Positions 1 through 12,308 of a DNA stretch of 64,000 bases are shown here, piece after piece. This stretch comes from the human T2T-CHM13v2.0 reference genome, Homo sapiens. Where the stretch lies: the NCBI RefSeq assembly GCF_009914755.1, contig NC_060930.1. The stretch is one strand, 5' to 3'. A program made the translations under genes and the position numbers. The stretch's first letter is position 1; the number at the start of each line of letters is the position of its first letter. The notes beneath the pieces were generated by a model that was given only the letters and a program-made list of their open reading frames with translations, had not been told where the DNA came from and searched no databases.

Positions 1-218
1 GAGGCCAAGGTGGGCGGATCACGAGGTCAAGTGATCGAGACCATCCTGGCCATCATGGTGAAACCCCGTCTCTACTAAAAATAAGTAGTCCCAGCTACTC
101 GGGAGGCTGTGGCAGGAGAATCCCTTGAACCCAGGAGGGGGAGGTTGCAGTCAGTGAGCCAAGATAGCGCCACTGCACTGCAGCCTGAGGACAGAACGAG
201 ACTCCTTTAAAAAAAAAA
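1..218 (+). mobile_element. Alu (AluSc-like), cut by the window edge, with an internal deletion
   Basis: GGATCACGAGGTCAAG..ATCGAGACCATCCTGGCC and an A-tail at 209-218. TCTACTAAAAATA joins directly to AGTAGTCCCAGC, so about 30 bp of the linker/right-arm start is missing. Confidence 0.9.
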
Positions 219-1159
219 GAGGTAAGTTAAGCCCAATGTGGGTATAATTTAATGCATGTTTGTGAAGGTTCAATATTTGTTTCATAGTTCTGGAACTACT
301 CAACATATATCCAACTAACTGAAATGTAGAACATCTTGCTCTCCTTTAGTTAGCACGTGGAATTAAAATTAAACCAGTTTTTGGGGTAATAAGCAACAGC
401 ATCAATTTTATCTCTGAGATGTGTCTTCAGATGGGAACACAGGAAATGTAGTATTGAAGTACGTACTCATTTATTTTAATTCCAAGTGGCATATGAGTCA
501 GAGGTCTAATACATAAAATACAATAATAATAGCATGTTTATATAATTTTTATCATTTCATTATTTAATATTATATGTAGATTATTCATTTTCCAATTTAT
601 GACACTTCACAAATATCAATCACCACTTCCAAACATTTGAACAAAGAAGCAGCATAAAGAGAAATAATGTTTTAAAACTGTATTTAAGATGAATATGGCT
701 AAAAATTCAGTTTGTAAATAAGCAATGCAGATATCAAAGTAAGATTTATGCATAGCTTCCCCCTTTTCTTCAATCTTGATGCATTTTCAAATGTCTATGT
801 GAGTTTCAATAATTGAATTAAATGTGCCTCAATCTTCTCTTCTGTACAGTATTTATTCCACAGATATTAAATGGATTTAATCAGGTAATAATATAAATCT
901 CAAAGAAAAGTGATTGATACATAGTAAGCAATCAGCAAATCACAACTTTTATTACCTGTAATGTAATCATTATCTCCTTTCATCCATTTCATCCCTATTC
1001 TTATTAGTGTCTTAATCATTCTCTCATTCAGGAATGGCACTAAAGAACTCTTAGATAAATAATTCCAACTATCTGTTTTATTACACACACATAGAATCTG
1101 GCACAGAGTAGGTGATCCCTCCAAAAAGACTGTCATTAAATGAAAAAACAGAAGAAGCT

Positions 1160-1390
1160 AATATTTACTTGATGATTATACTTGTGTCAGCTTACACCAT
1201 GTGCTGACACTATGCCAGGTATGTACATAAATGTTCATGTATTCCTGATGAAACCTCATGGTATGTCATTATATTCATGTTGAAGCTGAAAAACAGTTAA
1301 GATGAAGGTGTTTATGAAACTTCCCACTGGTCATAGTTAAACGATAGTGCAGCTATGGTTGAAACTCAGGTCTATCTAGTTCAAAATTTT
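1160..1390 (-). mobile_element. MIR SINE fragment
   Basis: Degenerate reverse MIR core (ACTTCCCACTGGTCATAG...GAAACTCAGGTCTATCTAGTTCAAAA). Confidence 0.55.
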
Positions 1391-2446
1391 ATTTTCCCAT
1401 TATATTACATTATCTTTCCACAGATCTCATTAGCATCTCAAAAACTCTATATCTTAATATATTCTTACAGATTTCTTTCCAGAGAGAAACTTTACAGGCA
1501 AGGAAAGAGGCCAGACATAAAAATTACCATGTTACAAAGACATCCATATAAATTAAGGTTTCTCTTATTGAGAGAACTTGAGAGTAGGAAGATAAATCTT
1601 ACCCTGATCTTACTTCTCTGTTCCTCTCAACACTACATTCTAAACAATACCTTCTCTTTCTTTGCTCCATGTTTTAAAAATAATGACCTATTTTTTTCAT
1701 ATTCTTGCTTTTTTTTTAAACCTTAGCCTCTAAATAATCAAAAACAATCTGACTTCAAGCTTCTATGCAAACTAATACAATCTCAAAGTTTCTCAATCCA
1801 GCCTACTGTGAGATAAAATTAGGAAAACTGTTCAAATGTACTATAGCACTTATTTAGACCAGTGATAGCAGCTTTTTCATTTTCACATTTATTAAATGCC
1901 ATGTGACCGTCATACAGATCCAAAAAATATATCTTGAATGATTTAATGAATTAATTGGAATTAATATTTAAAATGATGACATGGAGGATGTGTAGGCTCA
2001 TTTATAAAAGGTCAAATAATGTTCAATATGCTGCACTTAGTAAAAATGGATAGTTAAATAATGAAACCATAATATTCAGTAATGACTTGAAAGTGATTCC
2101 TGAGTTAACCTTTTAACTTCATTTTAACAAGAAAATTTGGTTAAGCAAAGTAACCGATTAGCTAGGCATTACAGTTGAGTAAAATTTGCACTGTAATTGC
2201 TTTATTCTTATACTTTAACTCTCTCTGCCAAGATTAGAGTAGGATTGAGGCAACTGTCATCAATGAAAACAGCAATATTGAGCCTCTTTCGGAGTACTCA
2301 TGATGTCACTGCTGCAACTGTGACAGGTCCCTGGAAATTCTGTAAGATGACAAAAAGGATTATCAGGTGATCCTTGTTCTGAATCCATTATACAGTAACT
2401 GTGCTTCCATAAGTGGGAGTATCTTAGAGAAGAGACTACATAATTA

Positions 2447-2883
2447 AAGTTGATCCCTAAATGACAAGGGGGTTGGGACATCTACTCCTCACAAAGTTGA
2501 AAATCCACATATAACTTTTGACTCCCCTAAAATTTAAATACTAATAGCCTACTGTTGACCGCAAGACTTACTGATAACATAAAGTCAATTAACACATATT
2601 TTGTATGTTATATGTATTATATACTGTATTACTACAATAAAGTAAGCTAGATAAACAAAATAAAATGCTATTAAGAAAATCATAAGGAAGAGAAAATATA
2701 TTTACTACTCCTTAAGTGGAAGTGAATCATCATAAAAGTCTTCATCCTCATTGTCTTCATATCAAGTAGGCTGAGGAAAAGGTTGAAGAGGTGGAGTTGA
2801 TCTTGCAGTCTTAGGGGTGGCAGAGGTGAAAGAAAATCCATGCAAAAGTGGGCCCAGTAGTTCCAACTTCTATTGTTCAACTG
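2447..2883 (-). mobile_element. Tigger2a (MER28)-like non-autonomous TcMar-Tigger DNA transposon
   Basis: Matches the recalled Tigger2a consensus along its length (AAAATCCACATATAACTTTTGACTCCCC; CATAAGGAAGAGAAAATATATTTACTA). Degenerate TIRs AGTTGATCC...TTCAACTG and an upstream TA. Confidence 0.85.
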
Positions 2884-2992
2884 TCATTTGTATTCTATAT
2901 CCTTTCATAAAGTATTTATTGAGCACCTACTATGTGCTAGACATTGTTCTAAGTGAGTGGGATACACGAGTAATCAAGAAAGATGAACTTGC

Positions 2993-3105
2993 CATTTTGC
3001 AACTTTACATTCTGACATGAGGAGACCATAATATAACAAACAAACAAGACATTTTGCAACTTTACATTCTGACATGAAGAGACCATAATAAAACAAACAA
3101 GCAAA
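2993..3105. repeat. 57-bp tandem duplication within L2
   Basis: CATTTTGCAACTTTACATTCTGACATGA(G/A)GAGACCATAATA(T/A)AACAAACAA starts at 2993 and again at 3050. Confidence 0.95.
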
Positions 3106-3543
3106 TTACAAACTACATTAAAAGATAATATATGCTATGGGAAAAAAGAAAAACTAGTAAAAGGTAAGGGGATTGTGAGTACTTGAGTAGCGATGGATGA
3201 AGGCTGCTATATTAAATAGGTTGTCTAAGTTAGACCTTGTTAAGAAAGTGTTATCCAAAGAGTGGCTTTACATGAGGTAGGTCATTTTGTAAATATATGA
3301 GGGCCAAGTGTTAGGAATGCTAGCCAGCCAGGGTTGCTGCACAAAATGAATAAACAAGGCAACTTAGAGATGGTAATGGGCAGTTAGCTCTTGTAGGTAA
3401 TTGCAAACCCCTGTCTTTTACTTTGAGTAAAATGGAGGACCACTGGAACTTTTTGAGGAGTCACATGATCTGTATGGCCTATATGTTTAAAGATGACCAC
3501 GGCTACTCTGTTAAGGATTGTAAAGATACTTGTATAGGAGCAG

Positions 3544-3662
3544 AGAGCTGGGTTGAAAGAAGATGACGACCTAGGCCAGGTAATAGCTCAGTTGAGAGAA
3601 AACGATGACTTAGGCCAGCATAAGAGCCCAGTTGAGAGAAGGTGATGACTTAGCCCAGGGTA
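3544..3662. repeat. Degenerate ~39-40-bp tandem repeat, 3 copies
   Basis: GTTGA(A/G)AGAA...GA(C/T)GAC(C/T)TAG(G/C)CCAG cores at 3552, 3591 and 3631. Confidence 0.85.
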
Positions 3663-3684
3663 ACAAGAGTTCTTTGTTCCAATT

Positions 3685-5625
3685 TTTAAAAAATTTTGGG
3701 GAAATACATATAAAATATTACTATATTTACCATTTTTAAGTATACAGTGTAGTGGTGTTAAACACATTCATAATGTTGTACAATCATCACTATCATTCAT
3801 CTCCATAACTCTTTTTATCCTTGAAACTGAAACTCTATATCCACTGAACAATAACTCTCCACTCATCCCGCTGCCAAGACCCTGGAGGTTACCATTCTAC
3901 GTTCTGTCTTTATGATTTTGACTACTTAAGTACCTCATATATAAGTGTAATCACACAGTATTTCTCCTTTTATGAATGGCATAATGTCCTCTTGGTTCAT
4001 CCATGTTGCAGCATGTGCCAGGATTTTCTTTTTTTCACCTTCGATCTACTTGTGTCTTTGGATATAATGTGAGTCTCTTATAAATAGCATATATTTGAAT
4101 CACTTTTAAAAATCTATTCTGTCAATCGCTTTTGATTGGAGAGTTTAAACTGTTTACATTTAAAGTAATTACAGTTGGCCCTGCATATTCACAATTCCAC
4201 ATCTATTAATTCATTAAACCATAAATTTAAAAAAATTGAAAAAATAAAATATAATAATATAAAATAACACAAATAATATCCAATAAAGTATAACAATAAT
4301 TTACATAGTATTAGATATTATAAATTATATACATGGGATAAGTTATTATGAGTAACCTAGATATCATTTAAAGTATATGTGAGAATTGCATAGGTTGTAT
4401 GCAAATACTAGGCCATTTTAAATAAGGAACTTGAGCATCCGAGAATTTTGGTATTTGCGGGGGGGGGGGGGTCCCAGAACAAATCCTCTGAAGATTTCAA
4501 TGAAAAACTTTACTGATAAGGAGAAATTTACTTCTGTCATTTTGCTACTTGTTTTCTACATGTTTTATAGCATTTTTGTCCCTCATTTCTGGCATTATTG
4601 TCTTCTTTTATGTTTAGTTCATTTTTTTTGTAGTGAAGTATTTAAATTCCTTTCACATTTCCTTTTGTATATATTCTATAGCTATTTTCTTTGTGACTGC
4701 CATGGGCATTACATTTAATATCTCAAAATTATAACACTCTAATTTGAATTTATACCAACTTAATTTCAGTGACACACAAAACTCTGCACCTTTACAGCTT
4801 TATACCTGTTTCCATTGTTGATGTCACAAAATTACATCTTTATATATTATATGCCCCAAAACATAAACTAATAATTATTTAAGTACATTAATCTCTTTAA
4901 TTATATAGTAAAAAGTGAAGTTACAATTTTACCAGCTTTTAAACCATTTAAAAATGTTATTAGTCTCTCAAATCTGTAGAAAATAAAAAAATGGAGCTAC
5001 AAACCATTGTTAAGATAATACTAGCTTTTATAATTGCTCTTTATTTACCTTTATTAAGATCTTTATGTCTTCATCTGGCTTCAAGTTACTGTCTAGTGTC
5101 TTTTAATTTCACCCTGAAGGACCCCCTGAAGCATTTCTTGCAAGGAAGGTGTAGTGGCAATGAACTCTCTCTGAGCTGTTGTGTGTGTGGGAATGTGTCA
5201 ATGCATTACTTTTAAAGAACAGTTTTGCTAGATATAAGATTCTTGATTGACAGTATTTTCATTTTAGCACTTGAGATATATTTTCCCACTGCCTTCTGGT
5301 CTCTATAGTTTCTGATGAGAAATCTGCTGATAGTCCTATTAAGTATACCTGTGTGTAACAAGTTGCTTCTCTCTTGCTGCTTTCAAGATTCTCTTTGCCA
5401 GGGGATAATGGTTGGGAGATGGATAGCTACTACTGTGCTAACAGTTGAAACGGATCAAAATTAATGGCAATTTACTACTCATGGCTTCCCCTGGAATTTG
5501 CAATACTTCAATAGGCTTCAGTAGTTACAGAATAGTTACATCAGACAGATTCTGCAACTGCAATTGTTGTCTAGGTAGGAAGACAGATTTCTGGTGCCTC
5601 CTACTTCATCATCCTCCCACAGTCC
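3685..5625 (-). mobile_element. Old L1M (L1MB-like 3' UTR plus ORF1/5' pieces), internally deleted, inserted in L2
   Basis: 3' UTR motifs at 3685-4030 (AAACTGAAACTCTATATCCA; CCATTCTAC; TTCATCCATGTTGCAGCATG). ORF1-region motifs to ~5395 (TGATGAGAAATCTGCTG; CTCTTGCTGCTTTCAAGATT). An L1M 5'-end-like segment lies at 5400-5625. Confidence 0.75.
4172..4510 (-). mobile_element. MER2-family (TcMar-Tigger) DNA transposon nested in L1
   Basis: MER2 motifs (TAGGTTGTATGCAAATACTA..CCATTTTA; CTTGAGCATCC). TA TSD at 4170-4171 and 4511-4512. The L1 resumes seamlessly (AAAGTAATTA|CTGATAAG). Confidence 0.85.
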
Positions 5626-6120
5626 CTTCTTAAATTCATGGTATATTTTGAACATAAGACTACTAAGTTTGCCTGGCACATTGGATAGAATGTGCAGGAG
5701 AAAGAGAGGAGTGACGGGGGTGTCCATGGTTTTTGACATGACCAAGTAAAAGGATCAGGTGCCGTCACCAGCTGAGACAGTGTAGATGACAGGTAGAGTA
5801 GAAACGGGGTAAGAAGAATACTGGTTGAATCTGAGATATCTAGATATCCATATGTTGATGTCAAGTGGGCAGTTTCAAGTAAGTAAGTCTTGGAGAGAGG
5901 TCTTGGCTGGATCAGAAACTTATGTAAGGGCATGGCACAAGTGACGTCACAAATTTGTAGACAGAGAAGAGCACCATAGATAATCCCTAGGGAACTTAAA
6001 TACTATTAAGTTGCGTGGAAGAGTAGAAACCAGCAAACTAGGCTGACAAATACAAGCAGTTTTGCAACAGGAGATAAAAATAGTCTTGTCCTGGAAGCCA
6101 ATGAAGACAATGCTCAATAA
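5625..6120 (-). mobile_element. L2 continuation
   Basis: GTATATTTTGAA...GGAGAAAGAGAGGAGTGA...GGTTTTTGAC L2 motifs. Confidence 0.65.
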
Positions 6121-6554
6121 TAGTTAAAGACAGACTTTAATTCCCGTGATTTCTTTATTGCCGCAGAGGCAAAACCAGCACCAGTGGAAACTTACAGGAA
6201 TAAGGATCATATTTCAATGAGGAAATGGAAAAACTGAACAGCAATGTCTACACAATATGCTCAATATTAGATCCAACTGGTTTATGAGGCATTGAACTTT
6301 CTTTTCAATTCTAGAATTATTCATATACAGACTGATGAGTAGCACAAATACTGTAGAAATGATTCCTAAATTGGGTAGAACATTTAGCCGTATGACCTAT
6401 GAGACACACTCCCAACTAATGAGTAGTTTATTTCTGCCTCACTTAGCACCAGAGGAGAAATACATCTGCTTTTCCGTCTGTGGGCCTTTGAAATCTTAGC
6501 AGTCTGTGTCCACAATTATCTCAATGCCTCCTCAGATAAAAGAAAGTGAATTAT

Positions 6555-6680
6555 ACGATGGTTTAATGCAAAGAGGATCTTTGGTGCAGACAGACCCAGG
6601 TTCAAATGTTAACACGATCATTAATATATTGGGGGGCTTTAGGAAAACCACTTACATATTTTTAAGCCTTACTCTCTCCT
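6555..6680 (+). mobile_element. MIR fragment
   Basis: GGATCTTTGGTGCAGACAGACCCAGGTTCAAAT. Confidence 0.5.
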
Positions 6681-8124
6681 TTAGAACACTCACAATGTAC
6701 TTCAGAAAAGAAAATAGCAGTTCATTCTGCTTTTCTCAGTGTCTGACATATACAGGGTAGTCATAAAAACTGTAATTCTCTTAAGTGTGAGGTCCCAGGT
6801 TTAAGGACTATTTTACAATGTTTTAAAGTTAAGTCATTCCTCTAAGCTTGAGTTTTAGACTATGCTCTTAATTTAAGCACCATATCTACTCATAAACCAG
6901 AAATAAAACGTGCATTTTTTTTCATAAAGACAAAATCTGAATGTGGTTTTTACATTCATAATAGATTTTGATGGGTTTTGGAGTCATGTCTGGGGTTAAA
7001 TTTTCTACTGCACGTTTTAAGATATGATATGCTTAAATTATAATAAGGAACTATATGATGTAATGAGATAAAGGCAACAGGCTGTAAACTTACTAATGTT
7101 ATTATTTTAGCAAGTCAGTTCCTATGAGAGTTTATATAAAATGGGAAGGATAGTATTATTAGAATTTTTGTGACAATCAAATGAGTCATATGTAAAAACT
7201 ATAAGGTATTCGGCATATAGACAACACATAATAATTCTTAGTTTTAATTATTTGTTCCTCCATTCTAGGAAAAAAAGCCTCTACATAGAACCAATTTTTC
7301 TACATTAATTGCTTTACATTAGCCCAAACTATTTTTAAAATGTCTTTATCATTAGGAAAGTAACATTAATAATAACTAATTCAAACAGCACAAAAATGCC
7401 TGCAATAAAAAGGGAACCCCCTTTTACTTCAAATTATCTGTCTTACATTTATTTATATGTAAATGTATGCACATGTATACACATGCATGTATACCTTTTA
7501 TACTCAAGGGGAACAAACTCATTTGTTTCATGTAACAATATGTATTTTTACAAATATATAATTCTAACATAAATTGCTAGATATGCAACTGCTTTCAAAA
7601 GTCTGTGCCTTTGTGATATTAATTAATTTTGCAAAATTGCCCTCTAAAATACTTGAGTCTATACTCTCTGACCAAGACACTATGAAGTGAAATTTTCCGC
7701 ATGCCCTAAAATCATTATTGATTATAATCCAAACTTATCAGTCTGATAAAGAGCAGCAACATCTCAAATTAATCATAACTTGTATTTTTCTAAGTGAGGT
7801 TCACATTTTTTTGAAATTTCCCTTACACTATACATGTGTGATAGGAACATTAGCTTCTTGTTCAGTTAGAAATATGAATTCTTCTGTATAGAAAGGCATG
7901 GATTTTCTGTCATGTGTTTCAAATATTCATATACATTTAGAATTTTCTTTTTGATTTTAGTAATTAATTATCAACATGACTTTCCTTGTGCAGAAGTTTT
8001 AAATTTATGTTTTAAAATAATTTATTCATTTACTTATGGCTTCAGTCATTTCAATCTTTTTTTGGAAACACTTTCCCCCGATTAAACTTTATGAAATAAA
8101 ATTGCCCATAACTCATTCTAGTAC

Positions 8125-8126
8125 AT

Positions 8127-8157
<31 letters not shown>

Positions 8158-8159
8158 TT
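8125..8159. repeat. (ATTT)8 microsatellite
   Basis: Read directly from the sequence. Confidence 0.95.
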
Positions 8160-8519
8160 CATTGGTGCTTAATTTTAATTAGACACAGAATTTTTTTTGG
8201 TGTATGAGATAAGATAGGGATCTGGTCTTCCTTTTTTTTTTTCTCCAATTGTCTTACTGGTTATCTCTCTAACACTTTTTCAATAAATTATTTATTCATA
8301 TTGTTGTTAATATATACTAATTACATGCGTCCATGTTTATTTAATAAGAAATAGAAACTTGGCTTTATTAAATGCATCTTCTGATCTAAAAATTAGTGAA
8401 TTTGTTTAAATATTTTTAAAAACTAAATCAATCTTGCATTCCTGAAATGAACTACATTTGAGTGTAATTTACTATGCTGATAGATGTGTGCTACTAAAAT
8501 ACATTTGGTAATATTTTTG

Positions 8520-9165
8520 AAATATTTCTTATTATTGTAAAATAGACAGCATAAAATTTACCATTTTAACTATAATAAATATATATCACTGTCATTATTA
8601 TTTTTAGAGACAGGGTCTATATTACCTAGGTTGGACTTGAACTTCTGTGTTTAAGTGATCCTCCAGCCTTAGCCTACCCAGTAGCTGGGAAGTAGCTGCA
8701 TGTCACTATACCTAGCCCATTTTAACTAATTTTAAGTGCACGAATACGTGGCATTAAGTACATTCACAATGTTATGCAACTATCCACTTCTAGAAGTTTT
8801 CATCACTCCAAACAAAAACTCGGTACCCATTAATGAACAATTTATCATTCTTTCCTCCCCACAATCCCCTGTAACCGCTATTCCACTTTCTGTCTCTATA
8901 AATTCACCTGTTCTAGGAACTTCATGAAAGTAGAATCATATATTTGTTCTTTTTGACTGGTTTATTTTATTTAGCATAATGTGTTCAATGTTCATCTATG
9001 TCGTAGAATGTAATAGAATGTAATGAAATTCTATTATTCTAATAATTATAAGGCTGAATAACATTCCATTATATGTGTATACCACATTTTATTTATCTAC
9101 TAGTTTGTTGAGGATATTTGGGCTGTTTTTATCTTTCGGCTATTGTGAATAATACCTCTATGAAC
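8520..9165 (-). mobile_element. L1MB-like 3' end
   Basis: CATAAAATTTACCATTTTAAC; GTGGCATTAAGTACATTCACAATGTT; GGCTGAATAACATTCCATTATATGTGTATACCACATTTT. Confidence 0.8.
8573..8717 (-). mobile_element. FLAM (Alu monomer) inserted in L1MB
   Basis: AGAGACAGGGTCT...AAGTGATCCTCCAGCCTTAGCCT...CCTAGCC. TSD CATTTTAACTA at 8562-8572 and 8718-8728. Confidence 0.85.
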
Positions 9166-11916
9166 AAACACTAATGCTCAACACTTGGTAATATTTTACA
9201 GTTTTCCAATTGGTATTCACAAGTGAGGTTGTTCTACAGTTTTATTTTTTGTGACATCCTTGTGAAACCCATATATTTTTAAGAAGGTTCTTTATAAAAT
9301 GGCATAAATCTGAAATTGTGTATTACATAAATTTATGTTCACAATGGTTTATCTTAAAAATGAAAATAAAAGTTACTCCTAATTTCTCTACATGGATCCA
9401 AATGTCTTTCAACAAGTTGGCTGCAGTCAGGTCCTAACTTAATAAAAGTATTAATAATCCCTTATCTACATGTTTCTGGGTAAAAAGCATTAATTTTTAC
9501 TTCCTTATTGCTCATAGAAAGTTTTATTTTTCTCCGAATCCCCCAAAATACAGTATTTAAGTTGATATCAAATTCACTTGCTTCCACTTTTCAAAATCAA
9601 TAATAAAATGGAAATCCATTCCATTGATAATGCAATGTCTCTTGATTATAATGGTGATATTTCTTTTCTGATCTCTTAAACATCTGTCTACATAAAAAGC
9701 CACTCCTACTGCAACAACAAAAGAAATAGCAGAAGATCCATCCGTGAGCTAATGAGTGTAGAGAAGCTTACTGAAGGCTCACTGAGTTAAACAAACAAAC
9801 AAATGAACAAACAAACAAATGAAGAATGGCAGGATTGTAGAGAGGGCCATGAGATGAAAGATTTTTTGGCTGTCATGGGGCCCTAAAGAAAGAATACGGG
9901 TTTGGACATTTTTCAAAAAGCACCTGCATTTTAATGGTCCTTTTGAAGCAGTCTTCAGTTTTCCAGTTGAGGGTAAATGTGAAAATAAGAAGCAACCCTC
10001 CCAAATAAGGTAGAAAATATTGGCCTGAGGTATGAGAAGGAAAGGGCTAGGGGTTTTGTTGCAGAATGAAAACAACTAGTTAAAACAGGCTGAATATTCA
10101 CTAGATGTAGAAAAGAAGGAGAGACTGGTATGATTTCAGGAAAATCAAGGACATATTCGTAAGGGGTCATAAAAAATGATGTGAGTAGAAGCACAACTAA
10201 TTCGGAATTAGAAATGCATGACTCAATGTGGGATGAAAACATAAAAATTAAAAAAATGCAAAATGGAAAAATAATATTTGAAGTACATGGGTTGGGCATT
10301 AATTAAAAGGATGGGTAATCAGAAAAGACAAATTCTAGACATAATACCACTGAAAATTTCTAAATTTTTCTAGAAAACAGGATTATTTCAAATGCCATTC
10401 TATTGGAGAGAATATGGTCTACAGCAATTTGAATTTTTTTTCCTCATAAAAATGTGAATCAGTGTCATATCATTTTCTCAATTAAAATTTAAATTCACAA
10501 ATGAGGAGTTGGGAAACTGATATGAATGAAACTGAAATCACAAAGCCTATCAAATCCTCTCTTCCATTTACTTTAGAAAAATAAAAAGCAATGCTGTGCA
10601 GTGGTCTGTGGTAAAGATAAAACAGGTTTAAGCTGTAAGCTACAGAGTGGCTTCTGAAAAACCATATTGCTTACAAAAATAGACATGTTTCCAAGATTAT
10701 AAGTGGCTATATTTGGCTTTGAGTCGTAGTTTCCATAGGAGTCGTAGTTTCCACATTTAGGAACTATTCTTAAATGATCTGATAACTACTTTAAAAGTCA
10801 GAAAAATCACACTCATCAAGTACTTGGACTTGGGTATTTCATCTTTTGATGTATAAAGAAGGAAACGCACACTCTGTGGGAAGACATGGAAAGTTGCAAC
10901 CGAGGATGAGACTTCTTCCAACCAAGCACAGAAGGCTGCCCCTTTTTCTGGGACTGAACAGAATAAGAAGAAGTATAGAGCAAGTGAGATGGTTTTAAAC
11001 ACATTTTGGAACTTCAGTTTTCTGCATTAATCTACATAAGAAATTTATTTGAAAACCAGCACAGGGGAATGTGGCTGCATTTGATCTTAAAAAAGGCCAA
11101 ATTTGGGGCAGTTTTACACTCCTGGCAATATATTGCTTTAAAAAGTTGGCAGTAACTCAAGTCAAGAAATATAAAGTGGGCCTTGGGGCAAATTTAATTG
11201 AAGAAAAGGTCTGATGTATTTCACAGAATTCTAAAAGTACATCAAAGAGATACTTTTAAAGGCACTGAGAGGCTGAATTGCCTAGGTGAACAAACAGGTA
11301 CACCAGCAAGCAACAAGTAGATACCCTCTTACAAGAGGAAGCCGCACATTCCAGTCCTCTAATGGTCTCTCGGTTTACCCAGACATGTGCCAAGCATTCC
11401 TTTTGCATGTCTAGTAGTAACGAAATATAGCACAGCTTGTGCCATTTAGGTATATCTTGGTTTATTAGATCCTGCAAGGCACTTGTTTGTTGTGGCACAA
11501 GAAAAAATGGAATTTTAATCATTTCTCCAAGGGTAATAATTGTCTTCATTAATATCAACTTTATACCCTAAGCTATGTTTTTATTCTTTTGGTATCTGTA
11601 ACAGCTTTGCATTTTACCACTAACTCATGATGTAATTGTATTGAAGACATTTAAAACTGCAATTAAACTCAATACACATAGTTCCTATGCTACAAACAAC
11701 TTACTATAAGAAGCCAGTACCACATTCACACATGTACAGACAAAAACAGTGAGCTATGATCACTGAATGCCTGAAAGACATTGTATTATGATGCTGACTG
11801 TAATATGCACTATAGGTGGAGATGTTAAAATTTGAAAGAAATGGTATATTCAACAATGAAACATAGTATGTGTGGAGAAGAAATAGCTAATGTTAAGAAT
11901 AGTGTTTGTTCTCCAG

Positions 11917-11918
<2 letters not shown>

Positions 11919-11962
<44 letters not shown>

Positions 11963-12147
11963 ACATGAATATAAATATATACACATTTATATTTATATAT
12001 ACACATATATGTGTGTATATATACATATACACACATATATGTGTGTATATATACGTATACATATACGTATATATATGTATATATACGTATACATATACGT
12101 ATATATATGTATAAATACACACACACATATATATGTGTGTATATATA
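11919..12147. repeat. Compound (TA)n/(TATATG/TACA)n microsatellite
   Basis: Pure (TA)n at about 11919-11958, followed by interrupted alternating purine-pyrimidine repeats. It is the source of the YIYI-type spurious ORFs. Confidence 0.97.
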
Positions 12148-12210
12148 TTTCTTTTTAACTGCTCCTTGCAAAGCTGGGCTAACTCATAGGCAGTGCGCCT
12201 AGAATCAACC
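12148..12210 (-). mobile_element. Short A-tailed retrocopy of a structured small RNA resembling a segment of MER41-type ERV1 LTRs
   Basis: The minus strand reads GGTTGATTCTAGGCGCACTGCCTATGAGTTAGCCCAGCTTTGCAAGGAGCAGTT then AAAAAGAAA. It resembles the recalled GGCTACTCTGGGCACACTGCCTATGGG.TAGCCCTGCTC.GCAAGGAGCAGT motif. Confidence 0.6.
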
Positions 12211-12308
12211 TCCAGAGTCTTTTACATGAATGTCTTAGGAATATGGAGGAACATATTGACAAATGTTGCCTTTGTAGAGGCTTAACTATCAAGAAATAAT
12301 TGGAAATT

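Larger units (their letters stand above)
2900..3665 (-). mobile_element. L2 LINE, 3' part (continues at ~5625-6120 after the L1 insertion)
   Basis: Reverse L2 3' end TATTTATTGAGCACCTACTATGTGCTAG followed by typical purine-rich L2 body. Confidence 0.75.

Noticed and set aside
2993-3662. Direct repeats that superficially resemble a CRISPR array
   Set aside because: These are head-to-tail duplications inside an L2 in mammalian DNA, with no unique spacers and no cas genes.
4458-4471. Long G homopolymer (possible G-quadruplex)
   Set aside because: It is an expansion of the G-run native to MER2, with no regulatory context.
10721-10753. 15-bp GAGTCGTAGTTTCCA repeated with an 18-bp period
   Set aside because: An ordinary micro-duplication with no functional context.
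11832-12202. Several overlapping 60-108-aa ORFs rich in Y/I/V/H/T
   Set aside because: These are artefacts of the (TA)n-type microsatellite, which lacks stop codons.
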